From the NCBI GenBank assembly GCA_030704615.1, contig CM060734.1, positions 59,830,001 to 59,894,000 on the forward strand: a DNA stretch of 64,000 nt, written 5' to 3'. The translations under genes and the position numbers were made by a program. The notes beneath the pieces are model-generated. The model worked only from the letters and a program-made list of their open reading frames with translations, was not told the DNA's origin and searched no databases. The stretch's first letter is position 1. Every line of letters begins with the position of its first letter. Source of the stretch: Takakia lepidozioides (lineage: Eukaryota > Plantae > Bryophyta). Positions 1 through 14,085 of the stretch are shown here, one piece after another.

Positions 1-824
1 GTGTGCTTGCAAAGGGGGAATGGGGTTCCTTGGAGAGGGGCCAGGGAGAGGAGCCCGACTTTCATTCAGATGATTGTGGAGTGCTGCACCTACACAGACG
101 CCAGAGTTCTGGATTTGTCAATGGGCACAGGTTCGTCTCTTCAACATTCACATTTCGTGAGGTTTGTTTGACCTTGCACTTTCAGCTCTTCCCACCGTTC
201 CAAATGTGTCTTCAATGTCTGTTTCCTTCATTGTGTTCCACTTCAGGTGCCTCGTACCACGCTTGCAAGGCCAGTGCACGACATCTCTTTGGGATTGAAG
301 GGGATGCCGAGATTTACAAGAACCTCCTGATGGGTTTGGGTGGACACACTTCTCAAGTCCTTCCGAAGCCCCTACCCGCTGATATTGATACAGGGGAGAC
401 TTCCGACAAGGAGCTGGATGACGACTTTGCCTGTGAGTAAGTTCAACCTTAGGATGCTTGCATTGTTGTTTCAATACCCAGAATCACTGTTCTTAAGGCA
501 AAGTGCACATGAGAGATATCCTCTTCGTTGGACTTGTGCATTGCATCATTATGTTCAAAATTGGTTTTTGTCCACTTGTGCAAAAGTCCGCGTGCTTCCA
601 CTGACCCTCCAGGGCTATCACACCTTTTTGGACTTCTTTCAAGTCCTCCTCAGTCTTACGTCCTACCTGTCTATGCGGAGGCACTCGCAGCAAGCATGTC
701 CATTCATGGCACTCGCAGTCCAACCATCGACGGCCGTGGTAGAAGACGTGGTGTTGGGGCCGGAATATTTGTGGATGACATAGCACAGGAGGTCGATACT
801 GATTCTGATGACTGTAACACTTGA
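1..824 (+). CDS. 3' part of N4C/N6A (beta-class) DNA methyltransferase-like gene, paralogue A (runs off window start; intactness unknown)
   Basis: Exon 1-130 reads VCLQRGNGVPWRGARERSPTFIQMIVECCTYTDARVLDLSMGT. A phase-1 GT-AG intron spans 131-246. The exon from 247 reads GASYHACKASARHLFGIEGD...DDDFAC. Joined, this matches the motif-I region of N6_N4 MTases (K-P..L......VLDPFxGSG...A...GR...GxE). A donor GTAAGT follows at ~437, and a last exon to 824 is homologous to 63758-64000. Confidence 0.7.
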
Positions 825-3015
825 TATGAAGTTTTCTTTTGCTTTCATTCGGGGCCAATTTTGAAATGGGATGGTTGTGTGTCCTTGTTGTCATGTTTGC
901 AATGTGTGCGTGGGATGCAAATTCATGGGAACAAACTATCATTGGAGATGGGGGTTGCATGGACTGCCTGGATTGTTCCTTCAATCTATTTAGTGTTTTG
1001 CGGAGCTCACAGGCTTGTGTGCATTGCAAAAACAAACAAACGTCTTTGGTTCGGGTAGAGCATTCTCGCATCATTTGCTCAATTCTGGTGAGCATCCATG
1101 ATGCTCCCGCACATACTTGGCATGTTCGCAAGGGTGGTGAGTAAGAAAAGATTTCGTAGGGATCCGCTTTGGATGATGTGAGTATGCACATGCTCACGAC
1201 GTAGGCACATTCCAATGCAGGGGCTTGGTATGTTGATAACGTCTAAATGGATGCAATGGATAGAAAGGATGGATACAATGGATGTAACACATCCAGTCTG
1301 CATTCCCTGGAAATGGTTGATCAACCCGCGGTAATAGGTGACACCCACGGAAATAGGTCATGTATGCATGCTGACGTGGCGTGAGCCTGTGCTGGGCTCA
1401 CGGTTTCCTGGGCTCACAGAATAGCACCCCCCCCCCCCCCTAACTGAGTGGATACAATAAGGGAGAAAGAGAAACTTTTCATACTCACAGACAGGGTGTT
1501 GGAGGAACTATATGTATGCAACCCAGGTCACTCTGCCCTAAATGCACATGCATGATTGTGATATCTAAGTCCTAAAATGCTGACTTTATACACTGCAAAC
1601 TCATTGCACAGGGTTGACAATAAGGCAGAATTACAAGCAACTATCTTCGACTCCTTGTTACATTCCCTTGTTTCATGAACTACATAGGTCCCCAGTCATT
1701 CATGAGGTGAATTAACTGAGAGAGAAGATAATTACTAAGCTCCCAATAGTTTCACAGCCCGCTACCTCCATACATTGCACATTGTATTGCTACTCGATCA
1801 GATCATGACTACTTGTTAAGGGCATGCACTTATCGTAATCCAAACTGCCCTGAGCTTCTATGACCAAACTACAACGAATTGGTTGGTTAGTTGTGACTGT
1901 GCGACCGCATGTTATCTCCCATCATCATTTCTGCTTGCCAAATAGAAAAACAGCGAACTACGTGAATTCACGACCCTTCATGACACCCTTCACACTCAAG
2001 TTCCTATTTCTCTCCAAATGCACACGAGACCACACAAGACTTTCCAGCTTCCCGAAATGTTGTCTGTTCTTTATTCAGACCACACCATCACTACAACACA
2101 CCCCAACTTCCTCATTTCACTCCCTCCCCTTCCTCATTATCCTGCCTCCTTCAGCTCTTCGTTCCCTCTACTCATCTTCCCGCCGCCTTTTCTCACCGCA
2201 ATCCCCAAAAAACTAGCCAGCCTCCACTCCGCTGTCCCATCCGTTTTCCGCTCCCTCGTTCGTGTCCCAACTTCCACCACACCCGCGTTGCCTGTCATCC
2301 CTTATCTCCAAATTGAAGTTCCTATTACCAAAAACAGTTCATGCAATAAAACACCCACTACCCTTGCCGCAAATGCCCATCCTTTGAACTACTAAGAATC
2401 CAACACCACTGAGCAGGCTAGCTCTCATCGAGGCCCGAGCTTCTCCTTTGTCTGCACCTCCATTACGTTCTCCACTGCCTGCATCTTAGATCCTGTAATT
2501 CTAGGGTTCAACAATGAATGTGCCTTTTCATTCATTGTTGAAGGATCAATCCAACATCATCCTTGGACTTGGCCAAAATCCCTAAACCCAGTGATCCAAC
2601 CCAAAATTTTACCTTTGGGAGTTAGCTTAAAAATTTCAAGCTGTATACAAAAATAAAGTGGACCATGCCCTACAGGGCTACCGGATGTCAATACAATCTA
2701 CCACACGATTTTCACCATTTCAGGTGTTGACAGGGCGAGTGCCAAGGCTGGGTGTGGATAATAGGTTACAAGATCTCACCCAAGTGGTGAATACAGATGA
2801 TTCTCCGGCAACAATTGCTCAGTAGCTACAAGACAAAGTAAAGTTCTTGGCCGAACTAGTTCAATATCCTAGTGGGTTTCAACCAATGAAAATGTATGGC
2901 GAGCCAATTTTATTTCCCAAACTCACTTTTTTCTCTTGTCCTAACTTCTCTCTTTGTTTTGCTTTCTCTTTTCTTTTCAAGCCTTTTTTAAATAGATGTG
3001 GAGATGGACCGCTAG

Positions 3016-3519
3016 TTCATTTTTGTCTATAGCTTTATTTATATTTCATTCTTTCTCTTTGAAGCTTTGGAGATGGACCGTAATGACAAGCAAGGACACT
3101 ATTTGAAGCACAACCACAAAGATACAAGCTAGAGAGACTAGACGCATTTAGCGATGAATATGCAAACATTGAATCATTCGATTCAGATTCATATAGACCT
3201 CAAAGATATAAAAATGACACAATCATAATGAGCATTTAATGTTAGATTGCAAAAGACTCGAGTGTTTCATTTTTGTCTATGGCTTTATTTATATTTCATT
3301 CTTTCTCTTTGAAGCTTTGGAGATGGACCGCAATGATAAGCAAGGACACTATCTGAAGCACAACCACAAAAAAAGAAACAAGCTAGAGAGACTAGACACA
3401 TTTAGCGATGAATATGCAAACATTGAATCATTCAATTTAGATTCATATAGACCTCAAAGATATAAAAATGACACAATCATAATGAGCATTTAATGTTAGA
3501 TTGCAAAAGACTCAAGTGT
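3016..3519. repeat. Tandem duplication of a ~250-bp AT-rich unit (2 copies)
   Basis: The unit ttcatttttgtctat...gagcatttaatgttagattgcaaaagactc occurs at ~3016-3265 and again at ~3266-3519 with few differences. Confidence 0.9.
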
Positions 3520-6500
3520 CATCTTGGAGTTCATGTGGAACCCTTGGACAACATAACAGCCTGGAAATGCAGGTTAAGACATCTAGCTTACCATAAACTC
3601 CATTTGCATTTACACTTCAACAAGCAGAGTAGAACAAATATTCATTACATAATCACCACATGTTGAGTGATCCAGATTTCAGTACTTCCCATGCATATCA
3701 AGCTTGGCCAAGATTGAAAAATTAAAGTAGGAAAAAATATTTTTCCTGTAGGAGAAAGGGTCCACCAATTTCTATTTCGGATCAACAATGACATTCATTG
3801 AAATGGGCGGGATGCTGGACGCTCGGAATCTTACCTTCGAGAACGAGGGAGAAATACTCATGCTAGACATACATCACATGAAGAAAAATACATTCATCAT
3901 TTTGGTTAGCAAGGAATTAATGGATTCGGAGCTCGATTCGTAAGCTCTCAAGTGAGTTTTTCCAAATTCATTCAATCGAAGTACATGTTGTTTCTTCAAA
4001 CAAATCTCAGTCTGGGAGCCTCTTTCCTTGATTGTGTTTTTTTTTTTGTCTTTGGTTCTTTTTTTAAAAAGTTTGTTAATAGTTTGATTGTTGAAAATTA
4101 CGATTTGTGCATTGACAGTCTATTTTTGCATTTCAAAATCGTCAATGAGCTCATGTTTTTGTGTTCATTCCTTCATATTAACAGCTCGTCTATTGATTGC
4201 TCATTGCTATTGCATGCAGTATATGACAAATAAAGACAATTTGCCACCATAGTTGAAGTGGAAAAAGAAAGGGAGAAGAGAAAGGATAATTTTCGACAAC
4301 GACTGCCACTACCTGAATATGATGGAGGAGTGACAAATGAATTCAAATCACCTGAAAAAAGACTTGACAACATTGGAAAGCTTTTGCTAATGGAATCTCA
4401 ACCAAAACATTCTTCATACAACTACTGAAGGTAACAATGACTTCCATGATCTTAGTCTTATTTCATTTCAGAGAACATTCACCATATGCTTGACAATGTA
4501 TACGCTATAATTAACAAGTGTTCCACCGGCATAGTACATCTAATGCATTGAACATTGCAATTTTTCTAAACCTTTTGGTCATCTTTTTTAGGTTGTGATA
4601 GATCTTAGGTCCGCTCTCATATAAACAGATCATGACAAATATATACTCCATATATTATTTTTATTTATGATTTATTCACTTGATATAGAAATAAAATGAT
4701 ATTTCATTTCTATTTGTGCATACATGAGGCTGGAAGTTTAGTAGTTTACTCCAATAGGTGGATCAATCACCATTCGCTAGCACACTGATGATGATGAAGA
4801 GTTGCATACTCAAAGCTTGTCGCACCGAAAAAGGCATATGAAAATAAAGTAGAAGAGGTATTCATTTGATACTTCATTGTTAATTTAATTGTACATTAGT
4901 TTATGGAATAATGTGTGCAGTTCAATGTTCTCTTTTGACTTGTTGGTACTTTTTGTAGTGATAGGTAGACTATGGAAATGATATAGCTTCTCTTCTTGCC
5001 GCAAATAGGAGCAAACCACACTTTGAATCTCTTTGCTTTTGGTATTAAGGAGACAACCTGTTCTATGCAATTCACAGTGACGAGTTATTAAACATATGTA
5101 TATTCGAGTAGGAAATCTTCTACTTGATGGTGGATATTTCAGAGGTCTATGTGACATTTATAGCCCCTCTTTGTGTCACACGAGCACACATTTTACAGAT
5201 AATGACATGTTTGCAATGGTGACAATGTTCATGGTCAATGGATCTGCATGTTTCCAACATTTGTTTGACCTTTGTGAAGTCTATAAGTTGATGCTGTCAC
5301 ATTCAGTTGTAGGGTTATGGTGCAGTACTGTTTTCAGTAACGTAAGAAAAGACCACATTGCGGAGGGGTTGTCCCCAAACGGTAGGGACGCAACTCTATA
5401 GAGTGTGATCTTTTAACGGTGTTGGGAATGCAGTGTAATGCAGAAAAGAAGAAGAAAGGAATAAGAGGATTGGTGATGGTGGGTGACATCCCCCGGAACC
5501 GCTTCTCTATCCGCTCCTTCAGCACGTTGGGTTCTCTCGGAAGCAAACGGGTGCTATCTTTCAGGTGGCAACCCTATTAGAGTCAAGAGCAGAGGAGGAA
5601 GCTGACAAATGTCATTTTATGCTTGAGGTAGGAACTTGACAAAATGCACGAAAAGATTGACCGTGTCAACGAGAAGATTGATGGAGTAGGCAACAACATC
5701 AAACACGGACAGTTGGATCGGTTTCTCAGTTTTTTTGGCGATAAAGGCTCTCTCGCGTGATTCATTACTCTATCATGCTTTCCCTCAAGAGAGCATTTAC
5801 ATCAGATTTTTTGCTAATCGCCAGCCGAGAGGTCACGTGACTCAAATAAAATGATAAAACAATCATTGCTTAGGTAATTTCTAAAGTGTCTTTTAACATC
5901 TCGTTAAACCAGATATTAGTAGTTACTCATGTAGCCTTGTGTTGCTTATTGCAGCATATGTATATTTCAAGAAAATGGAAATAAATGTATACCTACATGA
6001 TAGACATGATAGCATGAATGACATAATTACAATATTGTGTTTTTTGTACATCATAGAAACATCATCTTACTCTCAAGAGTTCAAATCGGTTTCATGCTAT
6101 AAGTTTGCATGTTTCTGTTTATCAATGATCTTGAGAAAATACACATTTGAATCATATGATTCATTTAAGAAATAAAGATGTTTCTTGTAAAGAGGAAAAA
6201 ATGGTTTGTGGCCAGGGGCATAATATGGAGAAAACAGAGAAAACCAGTATTTTGAAAGTGAAGACATATTTGAAATTAAAAATGGAGACCGAGTTGAGTT
6301 ATTTTACGAAAAAAATTAGTGTGCTCTAGATCTAATTATAAAACGATCATGAATGGACAATTGATCTATGAACGCTCTACATCTGGGTTTCAAATCAAGC
6401 CGAATTTAGGTGAATCAAAACCGTTGCTTGTAGGAATTTAATAAATTTTGTTGTCTGATGTTTTTTAATTAAATAATAAAATTATAGCATAGATTGTATG

Positions 6501-7764
6501 AATGGTCCAAAGAAGAGTGGGAAAAAAGGGAGAAAAGAAATAAAGCTTACAACATGAGGGTCACGAAGAACAAAAAATAAAACAACCTAACATTCGTGTT
6601 CAAGCTCATGGTGCCGATTAATCTTAAAATTAGTGTGTGGAGATCTAGCATAATTCCTTACAAGTCACATATACCCAGAATGGCCGATACCAAGTTTATG
6701 TTTTTAGACCCTATGAAAGAGGAAAATTCATGTATTTAGTAAAACTAAGGAAAATAAAAAAAATGCTACTAATTCCAATACAATAATTTGTCCAGAACTC
6801 ATACATTTGAAACCTTTGAAGCGTTCTTCTACACAATTTTTTCTCACATTGAGGAAGAAACAATGGAATTAAAGAATGTGATTGAGAACCTGGAGGACGC
6901 CGCATTTTCTTTAATGATTGATGTGAATTTATGTAGATTTTGATTAAATTTATACCAATAAAATGAAATTATTTTGTTTCACATGAACTAAATAAGTTCT
7001 TCTTATACAATTCAACAATCAATTTGATTTCAAAATTTTATTCAACAATTTTTTGTAGTTTGGTTGTTTTGCCTTATCTCTTGATGTATATGCATTTGAC
7101 AACCCCCAGGCTGTTATTTTACCATTGAATTTTATGTATTTATTATTTTATTTTATTTTTTCCAAAATAAACTTTTATTTCATTTGAATGACATATTATT
7201 AGTCTTTTAAATATAATACAAAATCTAGACTTCCATGTTAACTAGTAAAACTGAAGAGTATGAATATTTTTACTTGAATTAATAACTTGTGTAACAAATT
7301 TTGTATGGCGACTATAAGTATGATGATAGCTCAAAATACAATTTTGAAAAATGCTTACAGTTCACTTTAAACCCATGTTGATGTTGTCAACTAAAAGAGA
7401 TGATGATATTAATTCAAAGCATTAAAAGGATTGGAGTTTGAAGATTAATATTGTGCATTTGGAACTTCAATCCTTACAATGCAAGTGTTAAGATTGTGTT
7501 ACTGGCTCTTGTTCTCTATCTTACTTTGGTTGTCACCTATGATTTGTGTAGGTGGCATCACATTATTCTCTCTTTAGCTATTATCCCTATCATAGTGGTA
7601 GATCATTTGTTTTTTCCAATCTATTTGGAAGATTTCAATAGCATGCAAAGTGCCTAGCTATGAGTACTCCCACCCTTCACTGTTTTGTAGGTCAATCATT
7701 TTGATGCTCAAAAGAGTTTGTCCTATTGATTTTTAGCCTCCTCAATGTAGGACTAGCTAGAGAG

Positions 7765-8380
7765 ATGAGCAGTGGTGGGCGGGTGAGCAGATGAGCGTGT
7801 GAGCGGTCAAATGTTATTAGGTTGAACATAAGAATGTAATCGGACCTACAGGTTCGACGAAGTTTATCAATAATGTGGCTTCGGGTTTAGGATCGGAAAT
7901 AGACACAGACTTAGTTCTCTGGCAAACCACATATACATAGTATAATGTGTGATCGCTAGAGAAGGGTGTTGGTAATTGGTGAGCGGGTGAGCATAAAATC
8001 AAAAGTGAATTTAATGTAAGCATCTTTTAGGATTTTCATATACTCTAATTTTACATGCTCACATTAATTTATGCGTATGGATTTTTATTTTTATTTTTAT
8101 TGTGGGACGGTTGAAGTTGGATCGGAATTAGTTTTTGCATCATGTAGTTCTAAGTGAATCACACATTACACTATGTATGTATGGTTCGCCGGCGAACCAA
8201 GCCCAAGCCTATTTTTGACCCTAATCCAAACCTATATCCGAAGCTACCTTAGTGGTGGCAAACCTACAAAAATTGTCGAACCTATAGGTTTGACTACGTT
8301 ATCATGTTATTCTCATGTCCAAAACCAATTTTTTTGGCTATTCACCTCTTCATTTGCTTGCCCATTTATCCGCTCATCAA
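7765..8380. mobile_element. Degenerate foldback/MITE-like element with ~200-bp inverted arms
   Basis: ggcaaaccacatatacatagtataatgtgtgat (~7921-7953) is an imperfect inverse of atcacacattacactatgtatgtatggttcgcc (~8158-8190). gacctacaggttcgac (~7843) pairs with gtcgaacctataggt (~8275). Ends and TSD were not resolved. Confidence 0.55.
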
Positions 8381-8499
8381 AGTTCGATCCCCCATTTTTC
8401 TAATAGTAATAGTGCACTATTTTAGGTTGCAGGATCCATAACTCCACGAGTGCCTTCTTCCTTGGGAGGAAAATTTAAGACCCTGAGACTATCGTTCTT

Positions 8500-9720
8500 T
8501 GTTATTTGGTTTGCTCAATGTCAAGCTCCACATGTAAGGTTTGGAACAATTTTGTCTTGTTTGTGGGACCGAAATTAAACACTAGTATTTGCTAGCAGAA
8601 TGTGATTGGCTACGAAGGCTCTCCTTGTCATAGTAAGATTTCTCTATCCCTAGTGAATTGGTTTTTGTTTGAGCTTAGCCCCAATTCTTTGATGGTGAGA
8701 GATTAACTCCAAAAGGGTGGCCCAAAAAGGTTGTTATTTTTATTTTATTTTTCTTTGAGCCATTTTGAGTCCCACTAGTTCATGGTCTCATGTTGTTTCC
8801 TAAGACCGTTTTCGCCAAACATGTTGAAGATGGATGTAACATGATTTAGGTGTTTGGATGATGCTTGGAGACACGACACTAGCTTCGTCATCACCAAACA
8901 TAAAGTCGTCGATTTGAAGGTTGAGGATGGATGCATAAGGGATTTTTTAGGGCAAAGATGGAGGTGTTGGCGTTGAGGAGGCCATTGCCTAGTGAATTGA
9001 TCATCAATATAAGAAAGAGAATTGATGCTAATGGCAACCTTGACGAACTGATTACTGTAATTGGAATGATTTGAGTTTCCGGTTATGCGGTCAACACGAT
9101 TGATACCCATTGACATAAATTGTCTGAAAGCATAGTTTTTTTTTAGGATTGCCAAGGAAGGGACCACTCCATCTTATTAATTGCTTTTTTGGAAGCAAGT
9201 ACAAGGAGCATAACTATGGTTTGAATATGGACTTCCAATGCAAACACGCGGGTTCCTGGGCTAAGAGATTGTTGTCCAATATGTATTTGCTTTCATGAAT
9301 CCAGCTTGACCAGATGTGATGATTGTGGGTAGAAGAGGTTGGAGATGGAGATCAGCCAAAGCTTTGGCTAGCATTATTTACAATATGTTCAGAGCGTTAT
9401 GGCCTTCTTTTGTATAGAAGGGCAATAATTCCTTGAGCCATCTATGAGGGCATAGAGGTAGAGGATTTTATGTTGTTGGCCATGTTGCAAAGATTAATGG
9501 AGACTTGTTCCCACATTGTTTTGTAGAATTCAACAGGTTTACCATCAAAGCCTAGAGTTTTGTGGTTGGATATTATCTCCAATACCACCAAAAGTAATGT
9601 TTCGGAGAAGTCACCAATCGAGAGAGAATGTTTGCTCAACATTGCATTTGGTTGGGTGACTTTGAATGCAATCACTCATTGCTGTTGAGTTACAAATTCT
9701 ACAATTCCTTTTCTACTTGA
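8500..9720 (-). mobile_element. Decayed LINE (non-LTR) ORF2 reverse-transcriptase fragment
   Basis: ORF 9442-9675 contains KTLGFDGKPVEFYKTMW, matching the LINE KSPGPDGxPxEFYKxFW motif. A degraded RPITLLN..YKILAKALA-like segment lies at ~9355-9405. Boundaries are approximate. Confidence 0.7.
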
Positions 9721-10744
9721 AGAGGGCCAAGAAGTGCAACTTGTTATCTGTAACTAGTTCTTTTAGGGTCAGAGTGAGAAATATTGTCTTTGGTATCCGT
9801 AATCTCAAAGTTGATGTCTTGGGAAGCTCTTGGGCTTTCTCAAGGAAATATTAGGACATGCTTTTGTTGTTTAGTCATTTGCCCCAAAAGAAAACAAAAA
9901 CAAAACCAATGCATGGAATACATGCAAGCCCTGCTAGATTATAGTTACAAATCGGTTGTAAAATGATTGACATGATCTAGAAGTTTGAATGCTAAGTAAA
10001 TGGGTTTGTGGTCGGTCCAATATGCTTTTTTTTTTTTCCAGATTATGTACATTCCATATTCTTCTAATTCTGTACATTTGATTACTGGTTCAAAGTGTCC
10101 AACGCAATTAGGTCAGTCTTCAAAAGTAGATTACAAAGGCTCTTTTTAAAAGTGATTACCATATTTAATCATAACTTTGCAATTTCTTTTAGACCACGTG
10201 TGAATTGTCCAAAGTCTCAAATAATCATAAGTCCAAAACATTACATTGAAATCAGCCCATATACCACATTGTTTAGCATATTATGTTAATTAAGTATTAT
10301 TCTTCTGAATGTACCCCGTGTAATGAATGCAAGAATTCATGATCATGTTTTCTAATTGAGTAATTACCCACACGAAGATCGTTTGAATTCAAAAAAAAAT
10401 TTAAATGTTGAAGAACATGTGGTTGCAATGTTAGTGAAGACATTCTAATATTCTTTAGGTATACAATTGTGTCGAAAAAACAATCGCCTGGAGCAAACTT
10501 GTAATGTTGTATGCGGATCAACTTCAATGAACATAAAACTGAGTCTATGTTATTGATCACAAAAACCATGTTGTGTATGCATTCTATGAACTTCTGTGAG
10601 ACAAACAAAAAATAATTTAGTTAAACATAAAACAATGCAATCGTTTGTAAGCTGATCATATTAAAGCTCTTGCTCTGTCACTTCGGTAAATACCAAGTGA
10701 CCCTTGCTAATAGCTGATTGCTCATGATCATTAAGCAGCAATGG

Positions 10745-10920
10745 CACAACCCCCATCATCTCTCTAAATTGCCCGAATTTCTCCCACAGAAGAGCATTTG
10801 TAAATATGTCTGTAATTTGGCTATTCGTGCTCACATATAACATGTCTATCTCCTTCGTCTTTTGTTGCTCCCTAATGAAATCGTAATGCACATCTATATA
10901 TATGTTTGGTGCGCTTATGG
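10745..10920 (-). mobile_element. Ty1/copia RNase H C-terminal fragment
   Basis: HYDFIREQQKTKEIDMLYVSTNSQITDIFTNALLWEKFGQFREMMGV matches the copia consensus KHIDxRYHFIRE...YVxTxxQxADIFTKAL..F..R..LG. Confidence 0.85.
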
Positions 10921-11940
10921 ATTGTTACTTGCACATAGCTGATTGCTCAAGAGTATTGATCACGATCAACACACGAATGTACGATTGTACAAGCTGTTAA
11001 TCATCAAAACATTGAAACGTTATAAACATAAAGCCATAATTATTACATTTTATACAAACCAATATGTACATAATTACACAGAACTGTACAGAAAAACACC
11101 AAGTATCATTACATCTGTAACATACTAATCACTTCCTTCGGGCCCACCCCCAAAAAGGGGCAGTAGCCGCAAGGCGAAGTAGCTCTTAGTTATGCCGGCC
11201 CCGGCCAGAGTCATCTCTTTCTCTCTATCACTTCTTTCTGAGTGTCCCAACATGCTACCATAATACCAAAGGATACACGGCTTCTTTCAACCCGTTTTCA
11301 TGGCTCATTGCCGAAGCGTGGAACTGAACTAAGGTGTTGGCTTGGCAACCATGGAACCATGGAAGCGATGTCATTTTACCACAAAAATTGATTTATTTTG
11401 TAAGCACAAAGTAATGAAGGATTTGCCACACACATTATGCTGGTCTAAGGCAGTCGAGAATTATCTTCACTCTTTCTTTACTTCCCACATAAAATTTTCA
11501 ATATTTTATGCAATCCGACAATAAATACAATTGTCAAGTATATCAAACTACTAGATCATACCAACTCGAGATTTCAACTCCGATCGGGCTGGATCTCTAA
11601 CATACAGATGATCCTCGTTGTCTTACAATAGATATAGAGTTACGGCCCCATAAAATTATTAAAATCCAAGATGGTCATCTCCACACTTGGAGCGTGCAGA
11701 TTAAAAATACAAATTATAACTTTGAAAAATTCACCCAAAAAATTAAAAACAAAAAAACAGAGTACAAACATCATAAAGTACTTACAAATGTTTTGGCATC
11801 ATAAACAAACCTACAAAGAAACACTGCTCTTACTTCCCAAAAAATATCCTTAGAGTGGTGTGCCTCTCTGCCTTGAGTATTATGTCTCTGCCTTGCGATG
11901 ATCACCTTCCAGACAAACCTTTTTTTTCCAGTACATTCAG

Positions 11941-11994
11941 TATATATATATATATATATATTTATTTATATACACACATATACATACATATACA
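11941..11994. repeat. (TA)n/(TACA) microsatellite
   Basis: Direct reading: tatatatatatatatatatatttatttatatacacacatatacatacatataca. Confidence 0.9.
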
Positions 11995-12949
11995 TTGTAG
12001 TGGATGGACTTACTGTTCCCCTACCTCCCCCAACCCTTTTCATGAGCTATGTTCAAACCTGACACTAGGTCAATGGTTAGAGGATACTCCAAGCAATATC
12101 CTCTGGGTACAACATCATCTCTCCATGCATGCCAAGCTTACCCACCTGGTTGTCAGTTCGAGTATTACCCAATCAATACACGATACTACTTGCCCCATGG
12201 CTCCTGCCACACGCGGTTATTTTTTCCCGGTGTCTGTCTTTTTACGTTGATTTCAAGGGCCTCTATTCTCTTTAGAAAAAAGAATTAAAAAAACTACGAA
12301 CCTTGTCTTATTTTATTTTTTCTTTGTTTGTGTCGTACTAGGATGATTTGTAGGTACATAGCTGGGGTGCAAGATAGAAGCTCTGGAGACCCACGCCCAA
12401 TTAACGATGCGGGAGGGTTGAAGCTCAATCATATCATGTTTGTTTGGGCACCCTAGAAAATGCCAAAGTGCTCGTGAATTGTGACACAAAAATTGCGATA
12501 GAGGATGGTGAGGAGTCACATCCACACACACCTAGGTAGCCAGATCAAGGTGGCCGCCATCACAAGATACATTAGTAGAGGTCGGCTATATCACTGACAA
12601 TAGGAGACATCGATGCATATCCCCCAATGGTTGGTTGCAGTATAAAGAAATACCTTATTCCCGTTCTTGGGTATATGTAATCCTTAAAAATCAACAGAAA
12701 ATAGGTTCTCTTTCTCATACAGCCCTCAACAGCGTCATCTCCACCCCATCTTTCTTTCACATTGTCTGCTTCTCCTTACTCCATGCCCAAACGCTCTCCT
12801 GCAACTCTCCATCAATCTCGCTCCCACCTTCTTCATTTCTCATGCTAAATTTGCTGCAATAGGTCGTTCGGGGCTTGGGTCTTCCATTGCCGGTTTTTTA
12901 GGGGCACCATTGCCAGGAAGTTGTCTCCTAGGGAGGCGTTTATATATAC

Positions 12950-13215
12950 GTGAAGGGCAAAGAGAATGATGGTGACATTGTCAAGGCTGGAATTGGACTA
13001 CATGTCATTCTAAACAATACCTTTGTTGACATGTATACCAAACGTGGGAGCACTGTGGATGCAAAGAGAGTGTTTGATGGCCAAACGAGAAGTGGTGTTC
13101 TGGAGTGCTATGATTGCAAGATATGCACAGCATGCGTGTGGGATGGCTTTGGAGACCTATGAGCAAATGCACAGCAGAAGGGGGTGAAGCCAGACCACTG
13201 TCACTGCATTCATTT
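12950..13215 (+). pseudogene. Isolated PLS-class PPR fragment
   Basis: KGKENDGDIVKAGIGLHVILNNTFVDMYTKRGSTVDAKRVFD, followed by frameshifted ALETYEQM...GVKPDH. Confidence 0.85.
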
Positions 13216-14085
13216 CGGTTATGCTCAGATGGCCCTATCTTCATGCCAATATCTCCAATTTGGGCGGGCTATGTGTAGATGCATATATTGGTACACTTTT
13301 CTTTTCAGATCGTTTTTTATCATAAGACAAGCGGTTTCGGCATTGTACTGCCAAAACATGTTAGTTTGTAAATTGTCTGGAAATCGTTGGTAAAGCACGT
13401 AGGAAATTAGACAGTGTCTGCGACGACCATGGAGAAGAACTCTGGTGTTAAGATGACCGTAGGAAGCTGCATCGACGCAGATTAGGCTGTCAATTCGGTA
13501 CCAGAAACGACAAGTTAATCTTGTTCAAACAATACAAGACGACTATTCCAGTCCCAGATTGCGATCTCTCTTTTCTCCCGCCTTTCAAGTCCAGTAAGAA
13601 CACACGGCGAGGAGCTTGGCAATTGGTGGAAGCAACATATACAACGATGAAATATCGCAACAAAGCAAATGGCTGCATCGGAATGACAGCAGGTCAGGAC
13701 GACTTCAAACGGCAAAGCGTGGACTTGTTAGCAGTGCGGGACAACTGGAGGGGACTCCGGACAACCTATGACTGAGTGGCAGGGTCAAAGACCCCACAGC
13801 CATCACCAGGGATTTGATTTCCAAAAATATCACAAAATCTTTTAGTAGCGAAAGCACGACGAATGGCGAAAGGCATGACTTTTTACCACCGATGGACCTG
13901 AGAATTTACAAGCTAATATGAGGTATATAATTGTAGTTTTTCACTAAGTTTGGTGATTTATGGAGTAGATTAGCAGCGGCGCCAAATTATTGAGTCAACG
14001 GCACTTACGGAGCCGATTATTTGAATTTCTACTTCTTGGATGGATGAAAAATCCTGGAATTTTGGTCGAGGAAACATCCAACTCG

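Noticed and set aside
493-1215. 240-aa minus-strand ORF
   Set aside because: It has no recognisable motif and overlaps, antisense, the conserved last exon of paralogue A.
3700-7700. Short ORFs in the AT-rich region
   Set aside because: No family motif was recognisable; probably highly decayed TE or intergenic DNA.
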